Source of the DNA: Octopus vulgaris
Lineage: Eukaryota
Assembly: GCA_951406725.2 (NCBI GenBank)
Contig: OX597818.1
Coordinates: 27,962,001 to 28,026,000, forward strand
DNA: 64,000 nt
Direction: 5' to 3'
Under the pieces are notes generated by a model. That model did no database searches and was not told the origin of the DNA. It saw nothing but the letters and a program-made list of their open reading frames with translations. Of this stretch, positions 27,050-40,949 are shown in pieces. The position numbers and the translations under genes were made by a program. Numbering within the stretch: position 1 is the stretch's first letter; each line of letters starts with the position of its first letter.

Positions 27050-28500
27050 GTATTCAACTCAGTAAATTTTCTTGATGTTAACTTTAACTTACTCACAGGT
27101 ATCCATGCACCATATCATAAACCCAATTCTAAATTGACATATATAAATATAGAAAGTAATCATTCAAAAATAATCACAAATTACTTAGTTAAGAATATCT
27201 AACATAGAATTTACTATCTGTCATCCAATCAAGAGAGTTTTAATATAAATAAGGACCATTATGACATAGCATAGCATTAGCAGGATATAAACAAAAAATT
27301 CAATTTGACCCACATAAATATAACCTACACATAAAGAGTAACAAGCAGATAAATGAAAATTTGATAGTAATATATAAAAATGACCTAAAAAACTAACATT
27401 AACAAGAATAAAGGTAAACATAAAAACTATTGCAATTATAATGGTATTAAAAATTCGAATTTCAACCAACAGGAAACCAACTACCAACAAAACAATCTAA
27501 AAACTAAAATATCCTTAAAATGTAAGAAAAATACTCCATATATTAAACATACACATGGAAACAACAAGGAATACATGAGTAAGAACGATAATAATATCTG
27601 GCTAATATTACCTTATGGGAAGCAGATAAAGATTAGCCTCATCCACATAATTCATTCGATCATTAATAAACATTTCAATTCTAATAAATATAGTACTATA
27701 ATTAATAATAAAATAATACGGATTGGATTTTCAATAACTAAAACGATAATAATAATATCTGGCTAATATTACCTCATGGGAAGCAGATACAGATTAGCCT
27801 CATCTGCATAATTCATTCAATCACTAATAAACATTTCAATTCTTATAAATATAGTACTATAATTAATAATAAAATAATATGGATTGGATTTTCAATAACT
27901 AAAAACCTATTTAGACATATATCATCTTTTAATAATGTAAAACTTGATGCATATTACGCAAATAGAAATAACCCCACCTCCAAATACCAACACAAATTAT
28001 ATTCAAACATAAATGGCAAACATGTTATGTCTAGACAACACATAAACAATAATACAAACACAAATAACACATCTAATAACCATTTAAGTGATTTCTGAAA
28101 TTGTAGGGTTAAAGAAAATTGTAAATTTAAGAATTACTGTAAACATACAAACCTAGTATACCAAGCAACTGTTGAAGCAGAAGGCAAATATTTCTATTAT
28201 GTTGGAGCAACCTTGTGTTATGTGAAATCTAGAATTGCAAACCATCAAATCTCCTTTAGAAATCTCAGTAAATGAAATAGCACTGGCCTAAGTAAATTTA
28301 TCTGGAAAATAAAATATAGCAATATAACTTATAAAATTAAATGGAAAATTCTAAGCAATGCTCGTGTGTATGAACTACTAGCCAAAAACCTGCTCACTTT
28401 GCCTAGATGAGACACACAATATTTTATTTTTGTAGCATAAACATTTAAATGGTAGATCAGAGAAAATTTTCCAATGTTTACATGCACACGAATATATTAT
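27050..28500 (+). mobile_element. Penelope-like remnant (RT thumb + GIY-YIG) with internal ~160-bp tandem duplication
   Basis: SVNFLDVNFNL..PYHKPN..SNH and LVYQATVE..YYVGAT..RIANHQISFR; 27583-27742 is repeated at 27742-27904. Confidence 0.75.
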
Positions 28501-29612
28501 TTCTAAATATAAATAATTCCCCACTTCTGTTCTGGCAAATAATAATATATAATACATACCTTAATCACCTTAATCACATACTTTTTATATAAACCCTGCC
28601 ATTTTTATATAATTCCTGCCTTTTAGTGTTTCAATTGCACTATAAGTATTACCTATATACTCTAAAAATATCAATTACCATATTGTAACCCACTCTTAAT
28701 ACCTTTTCTTATTAGTGATATAACCCATATTCTTATTCCCTTAATAATATTTAACTCTTTAAGATTTATTTTATTATTTTTAATAGTCAATTTTTAATCT
28801 ATAATTTTCAAATACCAGTTCGTTTTTTTAAAAATTAATGCCAAATTGAAACCATTTTATATCAACTTAATACAACCTTTCTAAATACCCCATGCAATGT
28901 AAATTTGCACAACAGGCATTTTCCACACTAAACATCTCCTTACATACTTGATTATGCATTCATACATGTACCTAAATATTTTAAGTTCACCCACATAAGT
29001 ACATATAATTGCATAAAATGTATGTATATATACATCCACATCATCCACATACTTTATACACATATTTTTCTGCATGCTCCACTTAATTACTAAGTATATA
29101 TGCATTCTATATAATATATATACTAACACTAACATTAATCACCTATTCAAAGTCTTTTCTCTTACAAACACCACACCCTACTATCAAATACATCTTCATA
29201 GTCTTGATCATACAATTATACCCTAATATCAATCATATCTCGACTCTACTTGACAGAAACATTCCTCTTTGGTAAAACCTTCATCAACTTTTCATGTTTC
29301 ACTTGAAAAGGAAAGTGAAGGAGGAGAGAGAGGTGCAGTCCTTGAGTGAATTTATGAAAAGGTGGGTGAAAGTTGTGAAAATGGCAAGAGTGAATGGTAC
29401 CAATCTCAGTGTAGACCTGTGAGTCGGAGACAGAAGTTGGAGAGGGCTCTCATCCTTGGTATTCAGAGCGATGATGGGGTTCATTGATTATCCCTAGAGG
29501 TCCTCATGTATCAGAGGGATACAACATTTAATCTGGTAGTCTCAGACAACCCAATATATTTTAGATATTATTTATAGCCATATATTATATTTATTATTTT
29601 AATTTCTTAAAG

Positions 29613-29654
29613 ACATGGACGATACTTATGTTAACTTTTCCAAGAAACCTGATA
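29613..29654 (+). CDS. microexon E3 (B-type, 42 nt): (N)MDDTYVNFSKKPD
   Basis: aatttcttaaAG acceptor, GTAAGC donor; paralogous to E6 and E8. Confidence 0.8.
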
Positions 29655-30657
29655 GTAAGCATATAAGCATGTCTTTAATAAAAATACATTCATTAAAACA
29701 CAAGTGCATCTTTTTATTTTATTTTAGTTGTCACCATACTGGGGACTACCATTAGTGTTAATACTTCTTTGTTTTGAACTCATTTTCCAGCCCTGTCTCT
29801 GGAATAAGTTCTGTTGAAGTTAGCAAAGTTTCTTGCTTAGTGTAAAATATAGTTTTTTAAGAACATGTGTATGCATGTACTTAAAAACAACACTGAAATT
29901 TCTACCCATAATTTACACCTTTATTGATCCTTATTAATAAATCCAGCCCATAAACATTTCTTGTAAGCGTTAGTTATACAAATAAATCAAACAATGATAT
30001 ATTTCACATTAAATTCACTAGATGTTTACTCAGGCAAGAGATATAAAGTAAAGGAAGAGATTTTCAATGGTGAATATGTCACATTATGATCAGTTGTTTT
30101 GTTGATAATTAACCATAATGAGTCCTGTTTTTGAATATCTCTAGCTTGAAAGGGATTATGAAAAATATCTTATTTCTCCAGCCATATTTAGGAATGACTT
30201 TTAATGGTAACGTGGCAGAAATAGTAGAATCAATATTCTGAGTTCAAAAGCCACAGAAGTAAATTTTATTCTGTGAACCACCCTATATGTAGTAACTTAC
30301 ATATCATTTCTCTAATAAAATTGGCATTTTGATTATGGAATAAAATTTTGAAGGCCAATTTACTGAAGAACTTTCTCTCCAAGCACACATTTCGAAATGT
30401 CATTTTACCAAAATTACTCTTTGTTTCCTTTTGTTCATACAAAATGAATTTATTAAGCAATTCTTTTCTTTTTTCCAATACATCAGTTAGAGGATGAAGA
30501 ACTTATACTATACATTCAGCTTGGTTGTATATATATATATATATGAAATGTACAATATGTTTTCCAATATTTTTAGTTACTTTCTGTGCAATATCCATAT
30601 ATTTAAATCATCCTCTCCAAACAATAAATATGCCCATTTTTATATAATTTTTTGAAG

Positions 30658-30717
30658 CTGTGGAAGATCAATATGCTGAAATTAGTGATCCCAAATATTT
30701 ATGTATGAGACTCCCAG
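30658..30717 (+). CDS. microexon E4 (A-type, 60 nt): (T)VEDQYAEISDPKYLCMRLP
   Basis: tttgaAG acceptor, G|GTAAGT donor; paralogous to E5, E7 and E9. Confidence 0.8.
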
Positions 30718-31056
30718 GTAAGTATAATCAATATTGATAGTACATAGCATGATCTTAGAAGAACAAAAAACAGAAAGGTAACAATCATGAAATATGTCAC
30801 CCTCGAACTTTTGTCTGTTAATGTATGTGTACATGCATGTATGTGTGTGTGTGAGAATGTTTGAGCCTGTCTCAGTAGTATTTACTATGTCTGTGTCAGC
30901 GCAATACTAACATAATTTAGGTATTATTTCTAGCCATGCTATTTATTCTTTGTTCAATTTCAATTCACTTACAATTTTCTATTGTCTCTTCCAAAAATGT
31001 TTGTTGCTTTTGCAACCTTGTCAATGGGTACAAAAACAAAGAATATATACTTATGA

Positions 31057-31100
<44 letters not shown>

Positions 31101-31107
31101 GTAAGGG

Positions 31108-33616
31108 TAAAAGGTGGTGGAACAATGCTGTAGACAGGGCCATTAGAGCAAAGAAACAGGCTTGGAATGCCTGGGAGAGTGGGGATGGCAGGAGAATATA
31201 TCAGATAGCTAAAAGGGAAGCTAAGGGACAGGTATATATAGCCAAGGGAGTAGCAAAAAGAAGACATTTGCCAATGTTCAGTGACATGAGGATCAGAGAA
31301 CTGAAGTATTTTGGATTGCAAGACAGTGTGTGAGAGAAAACTGTGAAGTCACAGGAGAGAAATGTGTCCGCATGGATGATGGTGCACTTGCATTTAATGA
31401 TTCTGCAAAGAAAATGTGTTGGAGAAGCCATTATGAAAGATTGCTGAATGTGGAGAATGAATGGGAGGAGGAGAGTCTGCCAAAGGTTGACCCAGTTGAG
31501 TGACCAGCTATCCAAATCAACAGTATCCAGGTACATAGAGCCAATAAAGATATGAAGACAGAGAAAGCACCTGGCCCATCAGGAATAACTGCTGGGATAC
31601 TTAAAATATTGGGTGATGTGGGTTATGGTCTTGTCACCTGCATTGTAAATCAGATAGTTCATGAAGGAGTCATACCCAATGACTAGTGTAGCAGCACCAT
31701 AGTCAATTGTTACAAGGTGATGCTTTAGACAGAAGTAACTACAAGGGTATCAAATTATTGGATAATGTGATGAAAGTTCCAGAGAGGGTCATAGCCCAAC
31801 TAATTAGGGAGAGAGTTAGTCTAGATGCAGTTCAGTTTTGTCCCAGGCAGAAGCACCACTGATGCTATATTTCTGGTAAGGCAAGTGCAGGAGAAATATC
31901 TAGCCAAAGATAAACCTCTGTACGTGGCTTTTATTGACTTGGAGAAAGCCTTTGACAGGTTTCCCCAATCCCTTATCTGGTGGTCAATGCGGAAACTGGG
32001 GATAGACAAGTGGCTGGTAAGAGCTGTACAAGTCCTGTACAAGGATACTGTCAGTAAGGTGAGGGTTGGCAATGAGTATAGGGAAGAATTCCAAGTAGAA
32101 GTAGGGGTTTACCAAGGATCATTATAGTCCTCCAGGCAATACCTGAGGAATTCTAGACAGGTTACCCCTGGGAGCTCCTTTATGCTGATGACCTTGCTCT
32201 AATAGCTGAATCACTGCCAGAAATGGAGATGAAGTTTAGGGTGTGAAAGCAAGGTCTAGAATCGAAGGGCCTTTGTGTTAACATAGCCAAAACCAAAGTC
32301 TTAGTAAGTAGGAAGGCTGTCAAATCACAATCCCCTTCAGGTAGATGGCCTGCACAATCTGTAGAAAAGGCACGGGTAGAAACTCCATATGATGTTACCT
32401 GGTGTAAGCTGTGGACAAATAAAAGATGCAGTAATATCAAAGGAAGTTTAACTTGGAAGATAGTTTTTGTACGGAAGATGCACTAAGGAAATGAACGCTG
32501 AAGATGTACAGAAAACAGATTCCATCACATGCCAGGAGAAGAAACTAGAAGTGGTTAATAGCTTCTGCTACCTAGGTGACCAAGTCTGTAGTGGGGGTGG
32601 TCGCTCTGAGAGTGTAAGCACCCTGAGAGAAAAGTTGGGTGTAAGAAGCATCAAATGTGGTGTGCAAGAGAGGTGACTGTGCTGGTATTGCTATGTGTTA
32701 TGTATGAATGAAGACTGCTGTGTGAAGAAGTGCCACTCCCTAACAGTACAAGGAACCTAGGGAAGAAGTAGAACCAGGAAGACATGGGATAAGGTGGTGA
32801 AGCATGACCTTCAAACATTGAACCAAACAAGGGCAATGACAGGAGACCAGGACCTTTAGAGATATGGTGTGATTGAGAAGACCCAGCAGCTAAAGTGAGA
32901 TCGCTGCCATGCATGTCCGGTCCTGTTAAGAATACTGCTGATGTGTTGGGTGATATGATATGCTTGAGAAGACCTGTTGAGTCAAGTAAAACCAATATTG
33001 TAGCTGGAGCCAGTGCCCCCTGACTGGCTCCCATGCTGGTGGCATGTAAAAAGGACCAACTGAACGTGGCCAATGTCAGTACCCTCAGACTGGCTCCCAT
33101 GCCAGTGACATGTAAAAAGCACCATCCAAATGTGGTTGATGCCAGATCTGCCTGACTGGCTCCCATGCCGGTGGCACATAAAAAGCACCAACCAAACACG
33201 GCTGATGCTAGTACCCTCAGACTGGCTCCTGTGCCAGTGACACGTAAAAAGCACCATCCAAATGTGGTTGATACCAGGCCCACCTGACTGGCTCCCATGC
33301 CAGTAGCATGGAAAAATCCCCAACCGATTGTGACCGATGCCAGTACCCACTGACTGGCTCCTTTGCCAGTGGTATGTAAAAAGCACCATCTGAATGTGAT
33401 CATTGCCAGGTCTGCCTTACTGGCTCCTGTGCCAGTGACATGTAAAAAGCATCCACTACACTCTCGGAGGGTTGGCATTAGGAAGGGCATCCAGCTGTAG
33501 AAACACTGCCAGATAAGATTGGAGCCTGGTGCAGCCGCTGGCTCTCCAGACCTCAGTCAAACTGTCCAACTCATGCCAGCATGGAAAATGGATGTTAATC
33601 GATGATGATGATGATG
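31108..33616 (+). mobile_element. RTE-clade LINE, 5'-truncated and degenerate
   Basis: MQFSFVPGRSTTDAIF, FIDLEKAFD and ELLYADDL; 3' end with (GAT)n tail. Confidence 0.9.
33009..33455 (+). repeat. 66-bp tandem repeat (~7 units) in the RTE 3' region
   Basis: Units start at 33009, 33075, 33141, 33207, 33273, 33339 and 33405; core gactggctcc..gtaaaaagcacca. Confidence 0.85.
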
Positions 33617-34555
33617 TATTTGTATATGTATATATAACAGGTTACTTTCAGTTTTCATCTACCAAATCCACTCCAAGGCATTCATTGGCTCATGGCTATA
33701 GAAGAATATACTTGCCCAAGGTGCTTCACAGTAGGACTGAACTCAGAACCTTGTGTTTGGGAAGTAAACTCCTTACCACACAGCTGCAACTGCAAAGCTT
33801 TGAAAATGTTAACGTTTTCAAACGTGTACAAAAAACTTCTTGCAGGTATTCCTATTCAACTCTGATATGCTACCCTTTTATTAATCGATACATTTAATAA
33901 TGCAGTTTATAAGCATATACCTTGTGAACTTTATTTATACTGATAAACCGGTTAATTATATGACTAATATTTGCCTCGACATGAGACACAGAGTAGTGAA
34001 GAGATTTGCAAAGGTGAATGTAATCAGCTTTTGTTGAATATCCCAAATCACTCCTGCTTATGGACAACTCTTGCCAGAAAGTAATCTTAGAAAGACCATT
34101 ATTGCTGTAAACATACTTGTGAATGACTTCTCTTAATGGTAACATCACCATATAAAATATTGAAGTGACAGAAATGTACAGTACTGTACTAAATATTGAG
34201 AGAATCAAATTTAGAGTTAGTACATTCTGTGATCAAATCCCATTGAAGTGAATTTTGTTCATTCTGCTTTTCAATAAGTACTACTTTTACAGAATTATTA
34301 GAATTTTGTTCATAGGGTAGAATTTTTGTGCTACTTAATTTAAACTCTGACTTTGAAATGGCATATTAACCAAAATTGCTCTGTTTCCTCTTGTTTATAC
34401 CAAATAAATTTATTTGGCTATACATGGACATTGGCTGGATATAGAAATTTTTTGTTTCTAAATAAAAGGTTCTATATAAAATATATAATACAATATAGTA
34501 TTATATATATATCTATATATATATGTGTGTGTGTGTGTATGTATATATATATGTG

Positions 34556-34599
<44 letters not shown>

Positions 34600-35163
34600 T
34601 AAATTATAAAATAGGATAAAATCTTTATAAGAATTTATCAAGAAGTCAGCGTGAAAAAACATTATAAGGGAAAAATTCATAATTATTCCCTTTAAATATA
34701 TTTATTTATATTATTTTAAATTTATATAATTTTTAATTTAACCAGAATATATTCAGTGCTGAATTATTTTGAATATACATGTGTACCGAGATGCAATTCG
34801 AAAAGCCTGCCTCTTACATAGATATATAAGAGGGAACAGCCCTATGTACTATGCTGGATACATTTGGTGATCACCTGATATGTTGATTTTTCTGTTTATT
34901 TTTGTGTCTTGATTATGTCTGCACTGATGATTAGAAAATGTATTTTGTACACTAACAATGGTATCATATATGATTTGTGGCTGAATCTTTTTTTAAGAGT
35001 TTGGCGCAAGATTTGCATTCCCTCATGTTTGGTACACTGTATTTTTATTATGGTAATTTTGACTTTAAGAGTCCTTCATAGCATGAGGCATTTATGTGTA
35101 GTAATGCCCTTAATATAAATAAAAATACATACATGCATACACACACACACACACTCACTCACA

Positions 35164-35218
<55 letters not shown>

Positions 35219-35303
35219 TACTACATTCCATGCAACATCAAAACATTAAAAACATCCTCTCCAAACAATAAATATACCAAATATTTAATTTCATTTTTTG
35301 AAG

Positions 35304-35363
35304 CTGTGGAAAAGCAATATGCTGAAATTAGTGAGCCCAAATGTTTAGAAATGAAGCAACGAA
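35304..35363 (+). CDS. microexon E5 (A-type, 60 nt): (A)VEKQYAEISEPKCLEMKQR
   Basis: tttgaAG acceptor, GTAAGT donor; same length and phase as E4 and E7. Confidence 0.8.
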
Positions 35364-35607
35364 GTAAGTACAATTGATATTGTCAGTACACAGCATAACT
35401 TTAGAAATTATTTTAAACTAAATAGAAAACTAAGTCTCATGAAATATGTCACTCTCTAACTTTTATTTGTTAATTTATATACATGTATGTTTGTGTCAGT
35501 ATGAGTCTATATAAATTGTGTTTATTATGCTAGTATCAGCACAGTGCTAACATAAAATAAATGTTATTTATAGCCATGCTATTTGTTCCTATTTTAATTT
35601 CTTAAAG

Positions 35608-35649
35608 ACATGGATGGTGATTATGTTAACATTTCAAAGAAAACTGGAG
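35608..35649 (+). CDS. microexon E6 (B-type, 42 nt): (N)MDGDYVNISKKTG
   Basis: cttaaAG acceptor, G|GTAAGT donor. Confidence 0.8.
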
Positions 35650-36159
35650 GTAAGTGTGTAAGCAGTTTATTAACAAAAAATACATTCATTAGAGCACAAG
35701 TTAGAAAATATTTTGGCTCATTCTTTTTTTGAGTAGAATATACAGCTTAATATATATTCATGATTGAAAGTAAAACTTTGAAAATTTAAAAATTTTATTG
35801 CACATACAATAAATTTCTTGTAGATATACGCGATTCTGATATTTTACCCTTTTATTAATCCATACACTTAATAATGCAGTTCATAAGCGTAGATTTTGTA
35901 ATTCTTATTAGTACAAATAAACCAAATAATTATATGACTAATATTGAATTAAGTAGATATTTGCATAGACATGAAATAAAGTATTAAAGAGATTTGTAAA
36001 GGTGAATGTGATCGAGTATCCAAATTCACTCCTGGTTATGGTTAACTCTAGCAAGAAAGTAATCTTAGAAAGAAACCTATTTCTGTACACTAAAATAGTT
36101 GGCATTCATTGGTCTCAACAGTCCATAGACCAATTGAAAACAACACTAAGATAAGATTA

Positions 36160-36525
36160 ACAAGAGCTCGCAGAGAGCACAAACCTCCACCAAAGCAACA
36201 TCAATGTCCTCTCAATGATTAGCCTGAGATGACTTTTAAAATGAGAATATCTGAAATAAACTTGAAAGCGCTTACAAATGAGAATATAAAAATGAACCCA
36301 ACCACTCTCAAAAATTAAGTAAAAAAAAAACAGGAAAAATAATCCAGAATTCTTGTCCAGATCAATCCCAAAACTTAATTAGTTCATGCCAGTCATGAGG
36401 CCAAACATCACTGAAAATTTCATCTGAATCCATCCAGCGGTTCTTGAGATATCTTGCCCATGGACAAATAAACAAACAAACACGACTGAAAACAAAACCC
36501 CCGCCTTTGCCAAGGCGGAGGTAAT
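36160..36525. mobile_element. short non-autonomous element (possibly Helentron/HINE-like) inserted in the duplicated intron
   Basis: acctccacc near the 5' end, terminal hairpin ccgcctt-tgcc-aaggcgg followed by aggtaat; absent from the paralogous intron near 34100. Confidence 0.45.
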
Positions 36526-37115
36526 AATAAAACTGAAGTGAAGAGCAACTATATAGTACATGTAGTTAATTGTGCCACCCCCATTCCCCACAAAAAAAAA
36601 AAAAAAAGTGAACATCCTCAAACAGAACAATATCTGTTTCAACACACAATTTTACATAAGTAATCTTGCCAAACAAATACAGAAATGAATTTCTGTAAAA
36701 ATATTTGTGAATAACTTCTCTTAACATCACCACTTTTGAATATCAATAAAATATTAAAGTGACAGAAATAGTACAGTATTGTATTAAATAATGACAAAAT
36801 TAAATTTAGTGTTTGCACATTCTGAGGTCATATCCCGATGAAATAAATTTTGTTCACTCAACTCCTCAATAAACACTACTTTTACATAATTATTAGCATT
36901 TTGCTTATAGAATAGAATTTTTGTGCCAATCCACTGAGGAGCCCTTTTCCAAACTCTCACTTTGAAATGGCATATTAACCAAAATTACTCTTTGTTTCTT
37001 CTTGTTCATACCAAATAAATTATTTATTTAGCAATGCTCTTCTTTTTCACAATATCTGAATGAGAGGATGGAATTTGGCTGGATTTAAATATTTTTGTTT
37101 CTAAATACATATTTC

Positions 37116-37169
<54 letters not shown>

Positions 37170-37206
37170 ATATATATATATATATGTATATATATGTGTG
37201 TATATA

Positions 37207-39625
37207 TCATCATCATCATCATTTAATGTCCGTTGTCCATGCTGACATGGGTTGGACTGGGCTGGCACACTGGAAGGTTGCACCAGACTCCAGTCTGATT
37301 TGGCATGATTTTCTATGGTTTGATGCCCTTCCTAACACCAACCACTCCGAGAGTGTAATGGGTGCTTTAACGTGCCACCAGTATGGATGCCATTTGCATG
37401 ATACTGGTCTTCTTCTCAAGCACAACATAATTGCCAAAGATCTCAGTCATTGCTTCCATGAGACCCACTGCTTCAAAGGAGCTCAGCCACTTTGCTTCCA
37501 TGAGACCCAACATTAAAAAAAAAACTTGGCCACTTTGCCTCTGTGAGGCCCAATGCTCAAAGAAACTCAGCTACTTATGCCTCCATGGGACCCAACACTT
37601 GAAAGGAACTCAGCCACTTTGCCTCTGGAGGCCCAATGCTTGAGTGGTGCCCTTTATGTGCCACCAGCAGGGGTGCCAGTTTTGTGACACCAACATCAGC
37701 CATGACAAGGATTTCATTAAGCTTCACAAGTCTTCTTAAGCACAACATATCACCAAAGGTCTCAGTCACTAGTCATTGCTTCTGTGAGGTCAAAAGTTCA
37801 AATTTCATGCTTCACCACTTTGTCCCATGTCTTCCTGGATCTACATCTACCACAGGTTCCTTCCACAGTAAGAGATTGGCACTTTTTTACACAGCTGTTC
37901 TCATCCATATGTATCACATAACCATACCAGTGCAGTCATCTCTCTTGCACACCACATCTGATATCTTTTATGCCTAACTTTTCTCTCAAGATGCATACAC
38001 TCTGTTGAACATGCACACTGATATTGCACATCCAATGAAGCATACTGGCTTCATTTCTTTCGAGCCTACACACGTCCTTGGCTGTCACAGCCCATGTTTC
38101 ACTGCCATCTAGCATAGCAATTTCCACATAGGCATCATACAATCTGCTGTTCATTCTGAGAGAGAAGCCCTTTGTTACCAGCAGAGGTAGAAGCTCTCTG
38201 AACTTTGCCCAGCCTAATCTTATTCTCACAGCTATCCTCTCAGCCCATCCACCTCCACTACTAACTTGATCACCTGGATAACAGAAGCTATCTACTACCT
38301 CTACCTGTTGATGGAGTCTATTTTTTGCTTATTTTCAGCGTTTATTGTACCTGTGCATCTTCCATATACAAAGTCTAGCTTCCTCTGATATTGCTCACCT
38401 TTTTATGTGTTCAAATCTTACACCAAGTGCATCATATGGAATTTCTACCTACACCTTTTCTACAGACCGAGCAGGGCCATCTACCTGAAGGGATTTGTGA
38501 TTTGTCTGCCTTCCTACTTACTAAGACTTTGGTTTTTGATTCATTAATTCTAAGACCCTTCGATTCTAGACCTTGCTTCCATACCTGGAACTTCTTTAGT
38601 TCTGGTTGTGGTTCAGCTATAAGAGCAAGGTCATCAGTGTAGAGGTGCTCCCAGGGGCAGCTTGTCTTAAATTCATCTGTAATAGCCTGGAGGACTATGA
38701 TGAACAAGCCTCTTGTTCATCATACAGAGTTCCAATCCTTGGCGAACCCCTACTTGTACCCTGAAATCTTTACTGTACTCATTGCCAACCCTCACTTTAC
38801 TGGTAGCATCCCTGTACATAGCTTGTACAGCTCCCACCAACTACTTGTCTATCCCTAATTTTCGCATTGACCACCAGATAAGGAATCGGGGGACACTGTC
38901 AAAAGCTTTCTCCAAATCAACAAAGGCCAAGTACAGCGATTTATCTTTGGCTAGGTATTTCTCCTTCAGCTGCCTTACCAGAAATATAGCATCACTGGTG
39001 CTTCTCCCTGGCACAAAACCGAACTGCATCTCATCTTAGATAACCCTCTCCCTAATTAGTTGGGCTATGACTCTCTCCATAACTTTCATCACCTAATCCA
39101 ACAATTTGATACCTCTGTAATTATTTCTATCTAAAGCATTACCTTTACCTTTGTAGCTGTTGACTAAGGTGCTGATACACTAGTCATTGGGTATGACTCT
39201 TTTGTGAACCACCTGATTTACAATACAAGTGACTAGACCATAACCCACACTGCCAGATATTTTAAGAATCTTAGCGGAGATTCCTGATGAACTGGGTGCT
39301 TTCCCTGCCTTCATATCCTTAATTGCTTTATCTACATAGGTACTGTTGATTCGTGTAGCTGGTACCTGAATTGGGTCAACATTTAGCAAACTCTCCTCCT
39401 TCTATTCAATCTCCACATTCAACTGTCTTTCAAAACGGCATTTCTAAGCCTCTTTCTTTGCAGAATCATTAAATGCAAGTGCACCATCATCTATGCAGAA
39501 ACATTTCTCTCTCATGACGTCATGATCTTATCTCACACACTGTCTTGCAATCTGAAATATTTCAGTTCTTTGGTCCTCATGTCACTGAATATTGGCAAAC
39601 TTCTTCTTTTCGGCTTCTCCCTTGA
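37207..39625 (-). mobile_element. RTE-clade LINE, degenerate
   Basis: MQFGFVPGRSTSDAIF, HLYTDDL and RIRLGWAKFRELLPLL; (CAT)n tail at 37207; ~38-bp tandem repeats at 37440-37640. Confidence 0.9.
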
Positions 39626-39629
39626 CTAA

Positions 39630-40800
39630 TCTTAATATACAAAATACCCTGTCTGTGTGTGTATGTCCTCAATGCATGCTCAAACCTCTGGATCAATCTG
39701 CACCATACTTGGGGTTCATGAATAATTTGACCTTGGAAAGAATAATACCGTCTTGATTATTCCATAACTGGGATCACTTGCAGCTGTTGCCTGGACAAGA
39801 ACAGTCTTTCAAATCTTTTGAAATTGTCAATGATCATGACCAGGCTGTAGTTTTTCCAACTGAGTTCCTGAATTCTCTACAGCCATTCTGGTAAGCTATC
39901 TCACAACTAAACACTTAAAAAGGGCGCCCCAATCATGCTGCTTAGGAATCTGGATCCACCTCGTCTGTGTAATGGCACCAAACTGGTGGTGAAAGCAATG
40001 CAACTCCATGTCCTAGAGGCAACAATTATGACTGGGGACTATAAGGGTGAGGTTGTCTTCATTCCATGGATCCCGTTAATCCCATATGACCTCCCCTTTG
40101 AATTTAAACAGTTCCAGTTCCCAATGAAACAAAATTTCGCTATGTCAATAAACAAGTCTCAAGAACAGTCTCTCAAGGTTGTTGAAATTCACCTTGCTTC
40201 TTTCATGGGAAATTATATGTAGGATGTTCAGGAGTTGGAAGTCCCCAAAATTTTTTTCATTTAAACACCAATTAAAGGACACATTGTATATTTAGAAGTT
40301 CTAGATAATTAAACCGTGATTGATTTTCAGATTTGTTTCAATACATTTGTTTATATCATCTGGTAGAATTTTTGTTAAATGTACTCATTAATAGTAGATC
40401 AGTTCTTCTCCAATTTTTCCATTTATGTTCAATGTGTTTTAAATAAGTACTGACAATTGAAGGTGATTGCAAAGACAAAGAACTACCAGGTTTTTTAACA
40501 ATTTTAGTAGTGAAAACATTGGATAAAACATGTTATTGACATTAATAGTTTGCACCTTAGTTAATTACTGTTGAGAACTGCATAATCCATGTTTCATTTT
40601 ACTTAGAGGTTTAAAAGGCATAGTTAAATTTCATTATTTTCAATAACCTGAGAAATGCTAGGTTATTAATGTATAAAATAGGTATCTCAGCTACTAGGAG
40701 GTAAGACCTGCATAGTCTATGTTTCATGTTAGAGATCTAAAAGGCATTTTAAAATTCCACTATTTTCTTTAACCCAGGCAATGCTGGGTATTTCTGCTAG
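39630..40800 (+). mobile_element. internally deleted Helitron with PIF1-like helicase C-terminal remnant
   Basis: MLLRNLDPPRLCNGTKL..FAMSINKSQEQSL; A|TC 5' end; 3' hairpin acccaggca-a-tgctgggt followed by CTAG|T. Confidence 0.8.
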
Positions 40801-40811
40801 TGTGTGTGTGA

Positions 40812-40867
<56 letters not shown>

Positions 40868-40949
40868 ATAATAAATATTAGGGAATAATAGTGGTTTTGT
40901 CTCGAATTAATATTATATATATATATATCTGTCTAAAATTGAAGGCCTA

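Noticed and set aside
32651-33490. 279-aa repetitive ORF, and a CRISPR-like appearance
   Set aside because: Antisense to an RTE 3' region; open only because the 66-bp unit is a multiple of 3; units are contiguous with no unique spacers, and the context is eukaryotic
39935-40222. Host PIF1 helicase gene
   Set aside because: Intronless fragment with nearby stops, bounded by Helitron termini
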